Part shown: positions 27,390 to 41,280 of the stretch, in pieces
How positions within the stretch are numbered: position 1 is the first letter of the stretch
How the letters are laid out: each line of letters opens with the position of its first letter
From: Octopus sinensis
Lineage: Eukaryota
DNA length: 64,000 nucleotides
Reading direction: 5' to 3'
NCBI RefSeq assembly: GCF_006345805.1
Contig: NC_043000.1
Span: 61,194,001-61,258,000 of the forward strand
Program-made: the position numbers and the translations under genes
The notes under the pieces: generated by a model
Databases searched by the model: none
Told to the model about the DNA's origin: nothing
What the model saw: the letters and a program-made list of their open reading frames with translations, nothing else

Positions 27390-27862
27390 CACATGTACAT
27401 AAGTGTGAATGTGTATATATATATATATAATATATATATAGACACACACACATACATATACATGTACATATCTATATATGTATACATGTATATATATGTG
27501 TGTGTGTGTATGTATATATTTATGTATGTATATGGTTGTATGTGCATGGGTGTGTGTGTGTATGTGTTGGTGTATGTGGGTTTCTGTAACCAGTTGTCTT
27601 CAGAAACATTGTAAAATAAGACAGGATGCATGAACTGAGGACCTATTGATGAAGACGTAAAAGAACGTCAATGTCAATTTATAGGTACCTCATCAGCATC
27701 AATCTCAGCGGACTTGGCGGGTCTACGAAAGTTATAGGCAGAATCCCTTTGAGAATAGCTTAATAAAAAGCACACACATTAACTCTAATTCATTGTAATT
27801 CTAGATTTGAGTAAGCGACAACGTGAAAGTCATTAGCTGTCATTGTAGAAACTTTACCTTGT

Positions 27863-28190
<328 letters not shown>

Positions 28191-28479
28191 GTCTGTATAA
28201 TTATATGATTTATATTATTATATGATTGAACGCCACGCATCATTTCCAAGTAAGTTTTATCTTAATAACTCCGATGCGACTCTGCCTTCTTTCTTTCTTT
28301 CTTTCTTTCTCTTTTCTTTTTTCTCTCTTCTCTCACTATTCTATCCTTCTAATCTTTGGTTTTCTCTCTTCCTTTCTTTTGCCTCCTCTTCTCCCTCTCT
28401 CTTTTTTTATCTCTTATCCTGTCTCCAAATCTCTTCCTCTTCCCTTCACGGCTCTCTGTCTGTTACTCTCTCTCCCTCA

Positions 28480-28900
28480 CTCTTCTTCCGTTGCTCACGG
28501 GGCCCTCATGTGACCACCGGCTATTCTCCTAACTGGTGTTTCTTTCCTTCTTCCTGTTTCGGCTCGATAGGGAAGACGTATTGTTCTCTGTCTCCTGCCC
28601 AGGCTTGTTTCATCGCATTCGCCACCACAACCTCGTTTAGGCTTAGCAGCCCTTCCTGTTTGTTTTCACTGTCCTGGTTTTTGTTACCATCTCGATCCTC
28701 CGCAAGATCGCAAATTTTATTTAATTTGCTTTGCGGGACTGTTTTATCGATGGCGTATCTTGTCGTGAATTGCTCGAAATACGGACTAGAAAAAACAGCC
28801 GACAACTGATGAAGGGTCGTTTCTTGTGCTGCTTGTCTTGTGTTCCATTTGTTTCTTTCGTTGCTTGCAAAAAAGAAAGCCCTTATTCCATGTCCTTGTT
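28480..28900. mobile_element. GC-rich unclassified element, possibly a Penelope-like terminus
   Basis: CpG-rich island between a purine tract and (TA)n; contains gctcgaaat and ctgatgaagggtc hammerhead half-motifs; minus-strand ORF 28521-28805 not recognised. Confidence 0.3.
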
Positions 28901-28994
28901 CTTCGTATTAATTGTTATTTATGTTTTATGACGTCCTGTGCCCATATATGCAAAACTATATACGTAGACATGTAAGTATGTACGTATGTATATA

Positions 28995-29051
<57 letters not shown>

Positions 29052-29066
29052 TATATATATATATAT

Positions 29067-29098
<32 letters not shown>

Positions 29099-29154
29099 AT
29101 ACAATATATGTGTATATATATATATATATATACATATACTCACACGCACACACT

Positions 29155-29188
<34 letters not shown>

Positions 29189-29225
29189 CATATCTTACAC
29201 GCACACAAACATATATATATATATA

Positions 29226-29258
<33 letters not shown>

Positions 29259-29429
29259 TAATTAAGTCAATTGTTTATTCATTTGATATAATAATATAGC
29301 AGATACTTTAAAATTTTGTTCAGAAACACAAAATATTATTGATTCGGATGGAGAGATTATATACCTCTAACACACACTGTCCAGTGATGCACAAGTTATC
29401 ATTATTTATCAATTTATTATAGTGGAAAT

Positions 29430-29600
29430 ATAATTATTGATTTCCAGCTTTGACATAGATCCTCATATTTCTGAAAGAGGAGCATAGCCGATTAAATCGC
29501 CCCCAGTACTTAACTGATACTTAGTTTATCGACTCTGTTAGGATCAAAGGTAAAGTCGACTTCTGTTGAATTTGAATTAAATATGTAAAGAACGTAATTA
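29430..29600 (-). mobile_element. SINE B copy (degraded)
   Basis: cccccagtacttaactgatacttagtttatcgactctgttaggatcaaaggtaaagtcgac. Confidence 0.75.
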
Positions 29601-30140
29601 AGTAATGCAAATTATTTTCTCCGCTCTGCTATACTACTCGCCCATACAACCATAATTATATCCGTTACTTTCATCTTAGCTTCAAAGATGAAGTTCACTT
29701 CTATTTACTTCACCGTTAGTCTCCAAATAGAAGTTTTCAACTAATTATATCACATATGGGAAACCCTAGTATTTAGTGGTAATTTTGTGTAGAAAATTCA
29801 TCATCACCAACAACAGCGTGATAGAAAATTTATGGAATATCAAAAGAAAATGAAAAAAGAAAAAAGAAAAGGGTTAAGTAAGGGTCTCTTACAGGCAACC
29901 ACTGACAGAATGAGAATTTAGCTAGAGGTTGTAAACAGCTATCAAATCCCATTATTTTGAAAGTGTGTTATTTATTACATTGATATCTCATGGCAATGGT
30001 TCTGGACTATATTTAACAGAGAATAAACGGTTGTTACCGTATAAGTTCTGATATTCATAATTTCTCCAAATACATTAGCTGTGTAGTAAGTGATGCCACT
30101 TGCTACAGAATGGTGGCAGTGGTGTTGGTGTTGGTGCTGC

Positions 30141-30154
30141 TACAACTACTACTG

Positions 30155-30231
<77 letters not shown>

Positions 30232-30233
30232 GA
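30141..30233. repeat. (CTA)n trinucleotide microsatellite
   Basis: Directly visible. Confidence 0.95.
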
Positions 30234-31019
30234 CTTAGATTTTATGCGGAGTTTAGAGGATAAACAGTGACATCAATTTCGAATAAAATATCTTTCTAAA
30301 ATCATAATTAACGAACATTATGCTTGAGTTGGGCAATTTATAGTATCCAGTGTCATCCCAAAATGCAATATACCAACTATAAAATAGATAATAATAATAA
30401 TAACAAAAATAACTTCAGCAATAATTTTCAATAAAAATATTAATGCATTAGCATTGCAAGGGATGAGATATAATGTGTCCCGTAAACTTCAAAATAATGT
30501 CTATAAAATAATGCCAAGAGACACATAGGTTCAAATATCAGTTATTTATATTTGGATACTGTTGTGATATGCAAATCAGTGATGCAAATTCCTCGTAGAA
30601 AATTTATATGCTAATACATACGCTGTTACATACCCTAGTGGAAGATTATTACCTTGCTTAGTGAATGAACTGAGACATACATAATAAATTGTCATGAAAC
30701 TTAGCGAGGTATAAACTTATAACAATGACATTTCTACGGTATTCATTAGATTGTGTTACCTTTACGAAATAAATATCAAATGTTAATAGCTTGAATAAAG
30801 TCATACACGATGACTTGCATTTGGAATTATATTAATGATGTGATCTAATTGTCAGTTCAGAATACAGTAATTGTAAATAAGATTAACCTCTTAAAAGTGC
30901 ATTTTATGACAAAACAGTCGAATTCTGTTATACTCACGTGAAACTGCCATTAGTCACTTTCAGTAATTCTGTTGTATTAAATACATTATTCGACATTAAA
31001 CTCATTTAAAAGAACGAGA

Positions 31020-31620
31020 ATTTGAAGTGCTTCGGATCCATATGAGTTTAATCACAGCCATTCAGCTAAAGAAGGATGGGGAGGAGAAACCAGTCTCTTC
31101 TGAAACACTGAGAACGGGCTCCGGCAGACAGAAAGGTGTGAGAGATGAAGGTGGATGTAGGAAGGAAACTTCACATTCCACAGGTTATTTAAACATCCCT
31201 GAGATTTGACATATGATCTGAGAAGTCGAGGATCATTCTAACTGAACTGGCGATTCACTGGAAAGATGTAATGAAGGAAGCTTCAGAGAGAAATGCCACA
31301 AAGAACTAGAATCTGGTTTAGCAATGCAGAGACAAAGGATAATAGATCTGCCATTTCCATTTGAGGATAGCTGCAGGGATCTTCTTACGTAATTTGTGTG
31401 AAAGATGCTGACAAATTTAGAAAGGAATAATGAAAATGGGGAGGAAGCAATTTTCTCGCAAGCTTAGAAATATTGTTGAAAGTGAGTCTTACTGTCTCTG
31501 GAATGGGGTAAAAGAGTTGTACTGGAGGTCAGATGAAGATGGGCGGTGACCAGCTGTAACTGAGCGTTCTGCCAAGGAAAATTAGATTCGATACGTTCGA
31601 AAGATGCAATTATAAGTGGT
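31020..31620 (-). mobile_element. Possible decayed CR1/Jockey-type RT fragment
   Basis: GC-richer block; broken frames include MADLLSFVSALLN and NNISKLARKL, weakly RT-like. Confidence 0.25.
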
Positions 31621-32470
31621 TGAATTTTTGAGTAACTGTAGCAGACATAGTTTATAATATAGAAGCTTATAAGCTGTCACTTGATATACCGGAAATAAAA
31701 CTACATCTTCCTGAAATCATATCATGCCATGAATATAAAAGGAAAATTTAGTCAATGGAGTTCTTGATATACAAAATGACGGGATGATCATGGTTCTGAT
31801 CGCATAGGATTGATCTTAGGATACAACGCCATCAAGTTTTGTACTTATAATGCTTTGTAGACGTTTCAATAAAAGACGTTCGTACCAAAAATAATTGAAG
31901 TTGAAATTAAGAAAAAAGTTTCGATATGACTTTGTTACCCCTAGCGAGAAAAATATTTCACCGTAAATCTTTACTGTTACTTCATATATTTAGCTTTGTT
32001 ATAAAAACTTTAGTGAGAGGAAAAAACCGGCTTATTTTTCTTTTAATAAATTGTAGGTTTTTCCCCGCCAAAATAGAGGCTAACATAAAAAAAGAACAAC
32101 AGCAAAAACAACTATGTTACTGAGATTTTGGACCAGCTATCTGTGGATGAATTTATATGAAAAAAAATTCACTTTTCTTTTAAAAGTTCGTCAACACAAG
32201 TTCCTCTGTAACGAACTGAAGAAAAGAAATTTAAAAATGAACAGAATATAAAAATAAAAACTATCATGCTACACGATTGCAGTAAATGATAATTGTAGAA
32301 TCAGTATTTGCATTTTCTTTTCAAATTTTGAGAATGATCAGGTATTTGGATTGTAATCTCTGTGTCGACCACACATTTTAGTAAAACAGAGGCAATTAAA
32401 CACGCAAACAAGACTCACACATACACACACATACGCACATACAGACACACACACGCATCTATCTTTTATG

Positions 32471-32688
32471 TTTTACTTGTTTCAGGCATTAGACTGTGGC
32501 CATGCTGAGGCACCGCTTTGAAGAATTTTAACCGAATGAATAGACTCTAGTACTTAATTCTTTTATTGAGCCTGGTGCATATTCTCTCAGTCTGTTTTGC
32601 CAAACCACTAGCTTACGGAGACATAAACACAACAACACTGGTTGTGAAGCAGTGGTGGTGGACAAATACAGACACACAGGCGCACCCA

Positions 32689-32728
<40 letters not shown>

Positions 32729-33442
32729 CTTCAAACGGGAAGGAAGAGCTATTTTTATCATACTTGTGGCTATGGCGAAAGAATGTATCTGGTGGACGCG
32801 TCTGAAAGGATTAGAGACAAACACTTTCCTCTCTGGTCAATCTCTCATCAACTTCTTCAAGTATCACTTGAAGAAAAAAGTGAGAGTAGAGAGGCAAGTT
32901 TTGTCTAGTGAATGTTTTAAAAAAAGATGGGTGAATGTAGCAAGGATGGCACGTATGAATGACGAAGCCACCTTGACTATGATTTATGAACCGTAAAAAT
33001 TAATACAGAGAGTTGCTTATTTGCAAAAAAAAAAAAAAAAAAGAAATAACATGTGACTTCATTGACCGGGGTTACCGTGGTCTTTTCCGTAGGCTTTCTT
33101 TCACGGGTAAACCTCACCTGTCCCCCCTTTACACTTCATATTGACATTTCTGTGAAACGATCCCTATTGATCAATTTTTTTCCTCTCCCCCTTTTTTAAC
33201 CCCCCTTTTTTTTTTTTTTGTCTCTTTCTCTCCTTTTACGATCCCTTTTGATCGACCCCCCCTTTTTTATTTTATTTTTTATTTTTTATTTTTTTCTTAT
33301 TTTTATTTTATTTTTATTTTTATTTTATTTTTTTAAACCTTCAAAAAAAAGCTCTACCTTGTAATTTGTTCTATCTGTGTGCAGCCCTGTGTGGCTAATA
33401 AAGAAACATATCTATCTATCTATCTATCTGTCTATCTATCTA

Positions 33443-33474
<32 letters not shown>

Positions 33475-33640
33475 ATATATAATATATATTATATATATAT
33501 ATTACGATGTGCTTCTTCTAGTTTCCATCTACCAAAACCACTCACAAGTCTTTAGTAGGCTCAAGGGTGTAGTAGAAGACATTTTAATAAGATGCCATCC
33601 AGTGGGACTGAGCCAAGAACCATGTGATTAGGAAGCAAGT
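32471..33640 (-). mobile_element. SINE A split by Tx1-type LINE insertion
   Basis: A tail half at 32471-32680 and A head half at 33503-33640 flank the LINE. Confidence 0.8.
32729..33407 (+). mobile_element. L1/Tx1-clade LINE 3' end (ORF2 C-terminus + 3' UTR + AATAAA)
   Basis: IFIILVAMAKECIWWTRLKGL...LINFFKYHLKKKVRVERQVLSSECFKKRWV...* (stop at 32996) fits the AK..IW..R...F..RW C-terminal pattern of L1/Tx1 ORF2; AATAAA at ~33397; (TATC)n on both sides. Confidence 0.7.
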
Positions 33641-35008
33641 AAGAGACAATGTGAAAATTATTTGGAGGAACGTTGAGAATTTTTGTGCAAGGATTATTCG
33701 CCGCGACACAAACGCTTGCAATAGTGTTTGTGCTTATGAATATTTAAGCGTGCATCACAGAAGAACTATTAAATGCTTCCAAATCTTAACCTAAATTTTG
33801 TATGAAATTCGTGTATTATGTGCTACAACTTCATCCTAACTTAACCTTAAGCTGGTATATTGTATCCTGTAAAATATATTATGTAACAGTAATAATTTCA
33901 ACTTTTTTACTTCCCATTTACTCACTGAATATCTTCATCTTTGTATTAGTATATGACTCGTTGTTATTCATAAGTTATACATTTAATTATTATTTCAAAA
34001 TTCAACAAATTGTATATTCAATCGTCTACCTATTTACCTAATTATTCAATCAATTATTTAAGCATTTAATTACTCGAATAATTATTTAACACGCAATTTT
34101 AAATAATTCATATTTAATTTGTATTTTATTGTTCACGCATTTATTTATTTAATCATTCAGTTACTACATAGCTAATCAATGATTTCAATATTCATTCTTA
34201 AATCCATCTTTTTATTCATCTGACTTATATGTTACTCTGAAAGATACTTTTATTTTAATTCTATTTTACTCATAATTCTCTCAGTCTGATTGTAATCTAA
34301 AAATATTTCTTCCTTTTTAATAATATAGCCCAGGTCATTTTGTTTATTGAATCACATCACGCATTAGCTAACACGTCATACAGGTTAAAGCTTACTCCCT
34401 CCAGTACATTGCATACGTTTTTTTCTGCTATATTGAACTTATATTTACGAAGGAAGTTTTGTACGCTGAAACTCAGTAACGACTTATTGGCTTCTCCCAA
34501 ACAAATAATTATATCGTGCGTGTATTAACTATTGTATTCCATTTGTTACATCGTATGTATGTCTGGTTGTGTCTGCATTTGTGTATGTACGGACACATAC
34601 GCATATCTGTTTATATATATCTGTATATATTCATATATGCATACGTTCATACATACGTACATTCAGCCATACATTCACATATATATGTGTATATACGTGT
34701 GTGTTTTCGGTCACGCGCGTGTATGTGTTTGTTTGTTCGTGAGTGTGTGTGTGTGAGAGAATGCCTATCTAAAGTTAGATGGTTGTTCTTTTGATTCTTA
34801 TATATTGATATAAAACAATCGAAATTATTGCTTTTGTTCCTGGTGAACAAATCACTTATTCAATACTGATGAGAAAAGTTTTTCTTCGAGCGGACATGTT
34901 TCCTCGAGCAAATATTGCAGAAAATAATTGTTTTCTTTTCTTTCAAATATCCGACTGAATATCTATAAGTTGACATACATACGTACATATATACATACAT
35001 ACAAAACT

Positions 35009-35055
<47 letters not shown>

Positions 35056-35057
35056 AG

Positions 35058-35091
<34 letters not shown>

Positions 35092-35208
35092 CATATGTAT
35101 ATATATATGTGTGTATATATATATATGTATATATATATACATATGTATATATGTATATATACAAATGTATATATATTTATGTATATATACGTATATATAT
35201 ATATATAT

Positions 35209-35392
35209 ATTTCATTACTACCCACAAGGGGCTAAACACACAGAGGACAAACAAGGACAGACAAACGGATTAAGTCGATTACATCGACCCCAGTCCGTAA
35301 CTGGTACTTAATTTATCGATCGCGAAAGGATGAAAGGCAAAGTCGACCTCGGCGGAATTTGAACTCAGAACGTAACGACAGACGAAATACCA
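35209..35392 (-). mobile_element. SINE B (tail type 1), 5'-truncated
   Basis: Near-consensus ggatgaaaggcaaagtcgacctcggcggaatttgaactcagaacgtaacg. Confidence 0.92.
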
Positions 35393-35696
35393 CTTGCCTT
35401 AAATTATGTTATTATCCATTTGTATTTTCCTAGTATCATAACCATTAATATTTGTTTCCCCATAATAATTAAACCATGAAAACATTTTCGTTGAATGTTA
35501 AGCAAACATTTCAGCCCCGTGTAATATCAATTACTATAACAATGCTAATAATTATAATTTTACATAACAATAATCTTAAATATCATACGATCTTTAATTA
35601 TACTTGGTAAAATATTGGTAGAAATTTAGAGCAATAACAGGCAGCACTACCAATCCATGGATGTAACTATTTGTGATCTAGGGATGAACCAATTAC

Positions 35697-35753
35697 CGCG
35701 ATATTCAGTAGACGAACGTTTCATTAGCTTGTACGCTGTAAAAAATCCCTTCA
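35697..35753 (-). CDS. Candidate 57-nt symmetric (phase 1-1) exon, product unknown
   Basis: Acceptor tgctttctttgtcccag|, donor G|gtaatt; one open frame (x)KGFFTAYKLMKRSSTEYR; no partner exons identified. Confidence 0.25.
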
Positions 35754-36751
35754 CTGGGACAAAGAAAGCATCGGAAACCTTTTTAATTTATCCTCTTGTG
35801 GGTGTATACAGCCTCTGGTGAGGTACGTGTAAATCGTTGCTTCGTTGATCTATACACATGTTCTCATATAGAAATAATGCTCCAGATTATTTACAATGCT
35901 TTCTCATGATATTGCCCCAGTATCTTTATGTCTAGAAAAAAAGAACTAATGTTTATTCAACAAAACCAAAATGAAAATGTTAAACAGAGAGCACTCGAAA
36001 TCTGAATCACTCTTTCGCTGAAATCATAAACAATTGTTTTGGCTCAAATGCCTGAGTAATTCTAGTTGACGAGACACATGTCGAAACTGCTGTGCGCCAC
36101 CAGAATCCTTTGAGCTATTGATCGGAGTGCATTATGACCACATTGTTTTTACAAAAAAGTGACGTTATTTCCTTGTGACGTACACACGACCAACTAGCAT
36201 ACTTGCACTGGAATCTGCTGGAATGTACGAAGAATAAATATGCAAATCGTCGTTTCAGATCTCACCTGTACACAGGGCAAGTAGCGAATTTCTATGTATT
36301 GCTGTTAAACGAATAAATGCAAAATGGAGTGGAATAAATGTAAGTTAAAACAACGTATGAAATACTTTGATCCAATATTGCAAGCTATTTTTAAAAATTA
36401 CGACATCACGCAAGTTCAGTAACATTTTTCTCTTAACAAGTTTTGCTGTTTATTAAAGAAATCGATGATTTAGTGTTTGATCGAATATAATCATAATTAT
36501 TTCTAATACACTGATTAATTATAATAATAAGTTGTGCCCTACTTCCAACATTTGTTGACTGACTTTCACTGCTTTTCGAATACACCTGACCTTCAAATGA
36601 AGACAAGAATAGTGACAGGTATTTCAGTTCTACATACACACAACATACACGACATACATACACACACACACACATGCGCGCGCACACTCACACGTACCCC
36701 ACCACACATATGTATGCATATATATATATATACACACGCACAACATACCAC

Positions 36752-36815
<64 letters not shown>

Positions 36816-37114
36816 CCATATATAGATATATATATATATATATATGTGTGTGCGCATGTGTGTGTATTTACATACATAAATATACACACACACCTACATG
36901 TATGAATAAATGAATAAATAGATTGATATACATTTACACATACACACGCGCACACACACACACACATACACCCACATATATATATAGAACTCTGTACAGA
37001 AACCAGTATAAATCAATTATTACCTATTTACAGGTAATACTAAACATCTATCTAGCTGCTATCTAGAATCTCTCTATCTGTGTCTGTCTGTCTGTATCTT
37101 TCTCTGTCTGTGTG

Positions 37115-37150
<36 letters not shown>

Positions 37151-38567
37151 AATAGAGAGAGAGAGAAAGAGTGTGAGAGAGAAAGAGAGTGAGAGAGAGA
37201 GTAGGATATATCTTATGATTTAAAGATGACATCACACATTACTCTTACTAGAACTTTATAACGTTATAAATTATTATTTACCACTAAAATGTAATGTTGA
37301 ATACCTGTCTGACAACTGCGCATACGTAGTTTGTTAGGCATATACAAAGTTTCAAATCTATAAGAGACGTGAAGGGTGTAAAACTACTTCGCATCACACG
37401 AAAAGTTCGCATTTCTGACATGGACATATACCATTTTCAAAGACATTATGCTACCTGACAAAGTGTCAAAGCTAATAGCAAGTTAAGTTTAAGTTATAGA
37501 AGCCTATTTTCTGACAAGAATATATGTGTTAAGATGTACTAAAATTTAGTGAGTTTATAGCTAATATTTATTCAGTGGATTCTAATGATGTGCAAAAAGA
37601 TTAAAAGCTCATGGTTAGCTTTTTATTCAGCATATTTTATATCACATGATCAATTTACTCGACGTAATTCTAAGTATTGCTTAGCCTGAAGTTAAATAAG
37701 CACATTTGAGATCACAATATTCTCTTTAATACACACACACACATATATATATGCCACTAACTTTCATTATTTTGTGCTCATAACAGAAGATGTCCTCCTG
37801 CGAGATACTTCAAAGAAACAAACACCTTTTATACGAAGATAACGAATCTCCAGCGATTAGGAACATTATTGTTAACTTGTGGTTACTTGATATTTTCTAA
37901 GGTCAAGATATATAAAACTTTTAAAGATCCTGTTTTTAACGGGGGTATAAACATCAATAATGTGAGCAACATTATCACAATCAACGTTACTATCTGGAAA
38001 TAAAATCAAATACACCGCATTGTTAATTATTGATAATATAATTGTTTTGGGAATTAGATCCAATTGCTGACAATTTAATGAGAAAATTCATTGTTAAGTG
38101 AAAGAAAAAGGGAGTGAATTAAAAGATAGAAAGAGACGGTGCGGAAAGGAGATAGAATGATCTATGTATAAATGATGAAAGTGTTATCTGGTTTATTAAT
38201 TAGAACTCGAAGTACACATCTGATCAGATTGCTTATACAGATTAAGCTGGGAGCATACGGTTGACGATATTGGACAGCGGACAGTGAACTTAGGTTTTAT
38301 GGGAAAAATCGATTGTATTAAAGAGAACCCAGGCAGTACTTATTGAAAGAGTTGCAAACAAATACGATGTTTAATGTCCCTATACACTAGATGAAGATGG
38401 GAGGCTATACATTAATAAAGAGAACAATAAAAAAAAAAAACCTAACTAATGTCAATCTTTTATAACAGACCACTTTTAGAAGTATTTTTAATGATTATAC
38501 AACCAGGCCTTGTGGCGAATAAACACTTTGATTACCTTTGATTTTAACCCTATCCAAATGATAGCCA

Positions 38568-38865
<298 letters not shown>

Positions 38866-39130
38866 GGAAGGGTAAATATACACACAGGTTGATTTCATTT
38901 TAAAATTCCTACGCGCGTAGGAATTTGAAACTAAAATGACATGTGTTTATCCTAAGTTTTCCTACATTTGCCCTGTACGTCATAGCTGGTAATGTTGCAC
39001 TGTATAGTATTTAATGAACAACTATACAGAAAACTATATGGATTATGAAAATCTACTTTGAGTTCTAAACATTACACTAACAGTCGTACATCTACTTTTG
39101 CTTATAATTTCACCCCTCTCTCTCTCCGTT

Positions 39131-39208
<78 letters not shown>

Positions 39209-39225
39209 AGTGTGTGTGTGTGTGT

Positions 39226-39495
39226 GGAGGCACAATGGCCCAGTGGTTAGGGCAGCAGACTCGCGGTCGGAGGATTGCGGTTTCGATTCCCAGACCGGGC
39301 GTTGTGAGTGTTTATTGAGCGAAAACACCTAAAAGCTCCACGAGGTTCCGGCAGGGGTGGTGGTGACCCCTGTTGTACTCTTTCGCCATAACTTTCTCTC
39401 ACTCTCTCTTCCTGTTAGGGTTAGGGTGGAACACGTACGCCACAGAAACCGGGAAACTGGGCATAAGCCTGGCTAGGCTTGAAAAGGGCGGCGTT
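39226..39495 (+). mobile_element. SINE family C, tRNA-Arg-like head, chimeric 3' end
   Basis: TGGCCCAGTGGTTAGGGCAGCAGACTCGCGGTCGGAGGATTGCGGTTTCGATTCC has A/B boxes and resembles tRNA-Arg (candidate for the octopus OR-type SINEs, unverified); diverges from other C copies at (TTAGGG)2. Confidence 0.85.
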
Positions 39496-39506
39496 ATAAT
39501 ATATAT

Positions 39507-39537
<31 letters not shown>

Positions 39538-39587
39538 GTTTATGTATGTATGTATGTATGTATGTATGTATGTATGTATGTGTATAT

Positions 39588-39631
<44 letters not shown>

Positions 39632-39672
39632 CATGTATATATATATTATATATGTATGTATGTATGTATGTG

Positions 39673-39715
<43 letters not shown>

Positions 39716-39834
39716 CATAAATACATATATACACGCTCATAACTATGTGCACAATCACATAGACAAACGCATACACTTGCGTGTACACGTATACGTGCTT
39801 GTGTGTTTAATTCCTCTCTCTCTTTCCGGATCTG

Positions 39835-40260
39835 TTGTATTAAGTTTGTTTCCCAAATACCTGCCTGGTTCTGGGGGCATTCCTATTGCGTGGCACATTG
39901 ATTAAGTGTATAATAGATTATACTTTCGGGTCGACAAAAGCCTTGATTGGATTTGATTGACGACAACTGAAAGAAACCTGTCGTACACCCGCATACAAAT
40001 ATGTGTGAGTGTGATTGTATGTGTGCGCGTGTGCACGTGTGTGTGTTCGTGTCTACATCCCCTGCCTCGCCGTTGCTTGACGAACGTTGTTGGTGGGTTA
40101 ATGCCTGTGTATCTAAGCTGTTCGGCATAAAACACTGATAGAACATATACTAGGCTTTAAAAAACAGTACTAGGATCAATTCATTCGACTACAGGTCTCT
40201 AAGGTGGTGACCAGCATGACCACAGTCTAATGTCTAAAAGAAGTAAAATGTAAAAGACAT
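39835..40260 (+). mobile_element. SINE A, old degraded copy
   Basis: cgggtcgacaaaagccttg...gacaactgaaagaaacctgtcgta...ccagcatgaccacagtc. Confidence 0.7.
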
Positions 40261-40911
40261 ATAAGCAACAAGATTTCCAAGATTTCCAAAATCTTAAACA
40301 AGTATTATCCTTACCAAAAGTATAATGTTTATGAAGGACAATCATGCAATAGCAATGCATATTGTAATACATAAAACAAAACCACCATCAAGCAAAAAAA
40401 CAAGAAGCAGAATTTTAATACAATACAGTTATAGTAAATGTCTGACTTATTGAATGGTTATTTTACTCAATAAACTTAGAACGCGTTGGATGTGTCATAT
40501 AACACTTATATTTTCTGAGTTCCTGTCTCGATAGCTTCAAACAATCGCTAAACTGCTAACGAAAATTTCTAGACGATTTTCAGTGGCTGTAACACAAATT
40601 AAAATATATAACTTTATTGACATATAGAATGTGTTCAATATTGAAAAATCAAAGATAATCACATATATCACACGCCCTACGGTATTCATTTTCATATAAA
40701 GTTTCGGCCTTATATGTACGAAAATTTATTTGGGAACTCAAAAGTGACTCGCTGTTAACGATAAAGTAATTATTTTGCAAAGTCTTTCATAAAAGACTTT
40801 GCAAAATAAAAAAAAAACCAATAAAATTTCTAAATTTGGCAAGGTAATAAATAACTGTCAATGTCTCAGGGGAATTTAGATACACAAATATCTACATTGA
40901 AATTAAAAGCT

Positions 40912-41280
40912 CTGGCATGGCTTTGTGGTTAGAAGCGCGCTTTCTAACCACGTGGTTTTGAGTTTAATCCCACTATGACAGAAACTGAAGCATATATTTG
41001 CTTGTGTGTGTGTATGTGTGTGTGTGTGTGTACATGTGTGCATATATGTGTATGTGTACGTGTGTGTGTGTACATGTGCGTGCATGTATTTGTCCCTCAT
41101 CACCGCTTGACAATCGGTGTTGGTGTGTTTACGTCTCTATAACTTACCATTTCGTCATAGTGGCCAATAGCATAAGTAACAGACTTATAAAAATACATAC
41201 TGGGATCGATTTGCTCGACTGAGTCCTTTAAGGCAGTGCTCCAACATGGCCGCAGTTCAATAAGTGATACAAGTAAAATA
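40912..41280 (+). mobile_element. SINE A with internal deletion
   Basis: Head ggcatggctttgtggttagaagcgcg...gagtttaatcccact; tail gatttgctcgact...gtgctccaacatggccgcagt. Confidence 0.8.

Noticed and set aside
39226-39300. tRNA-Arg-like sequence as a functional tRNA gene
   Set aside because: No proper acceptor stem, and it continues into a repeat body shared with two other copies: a SINE head.
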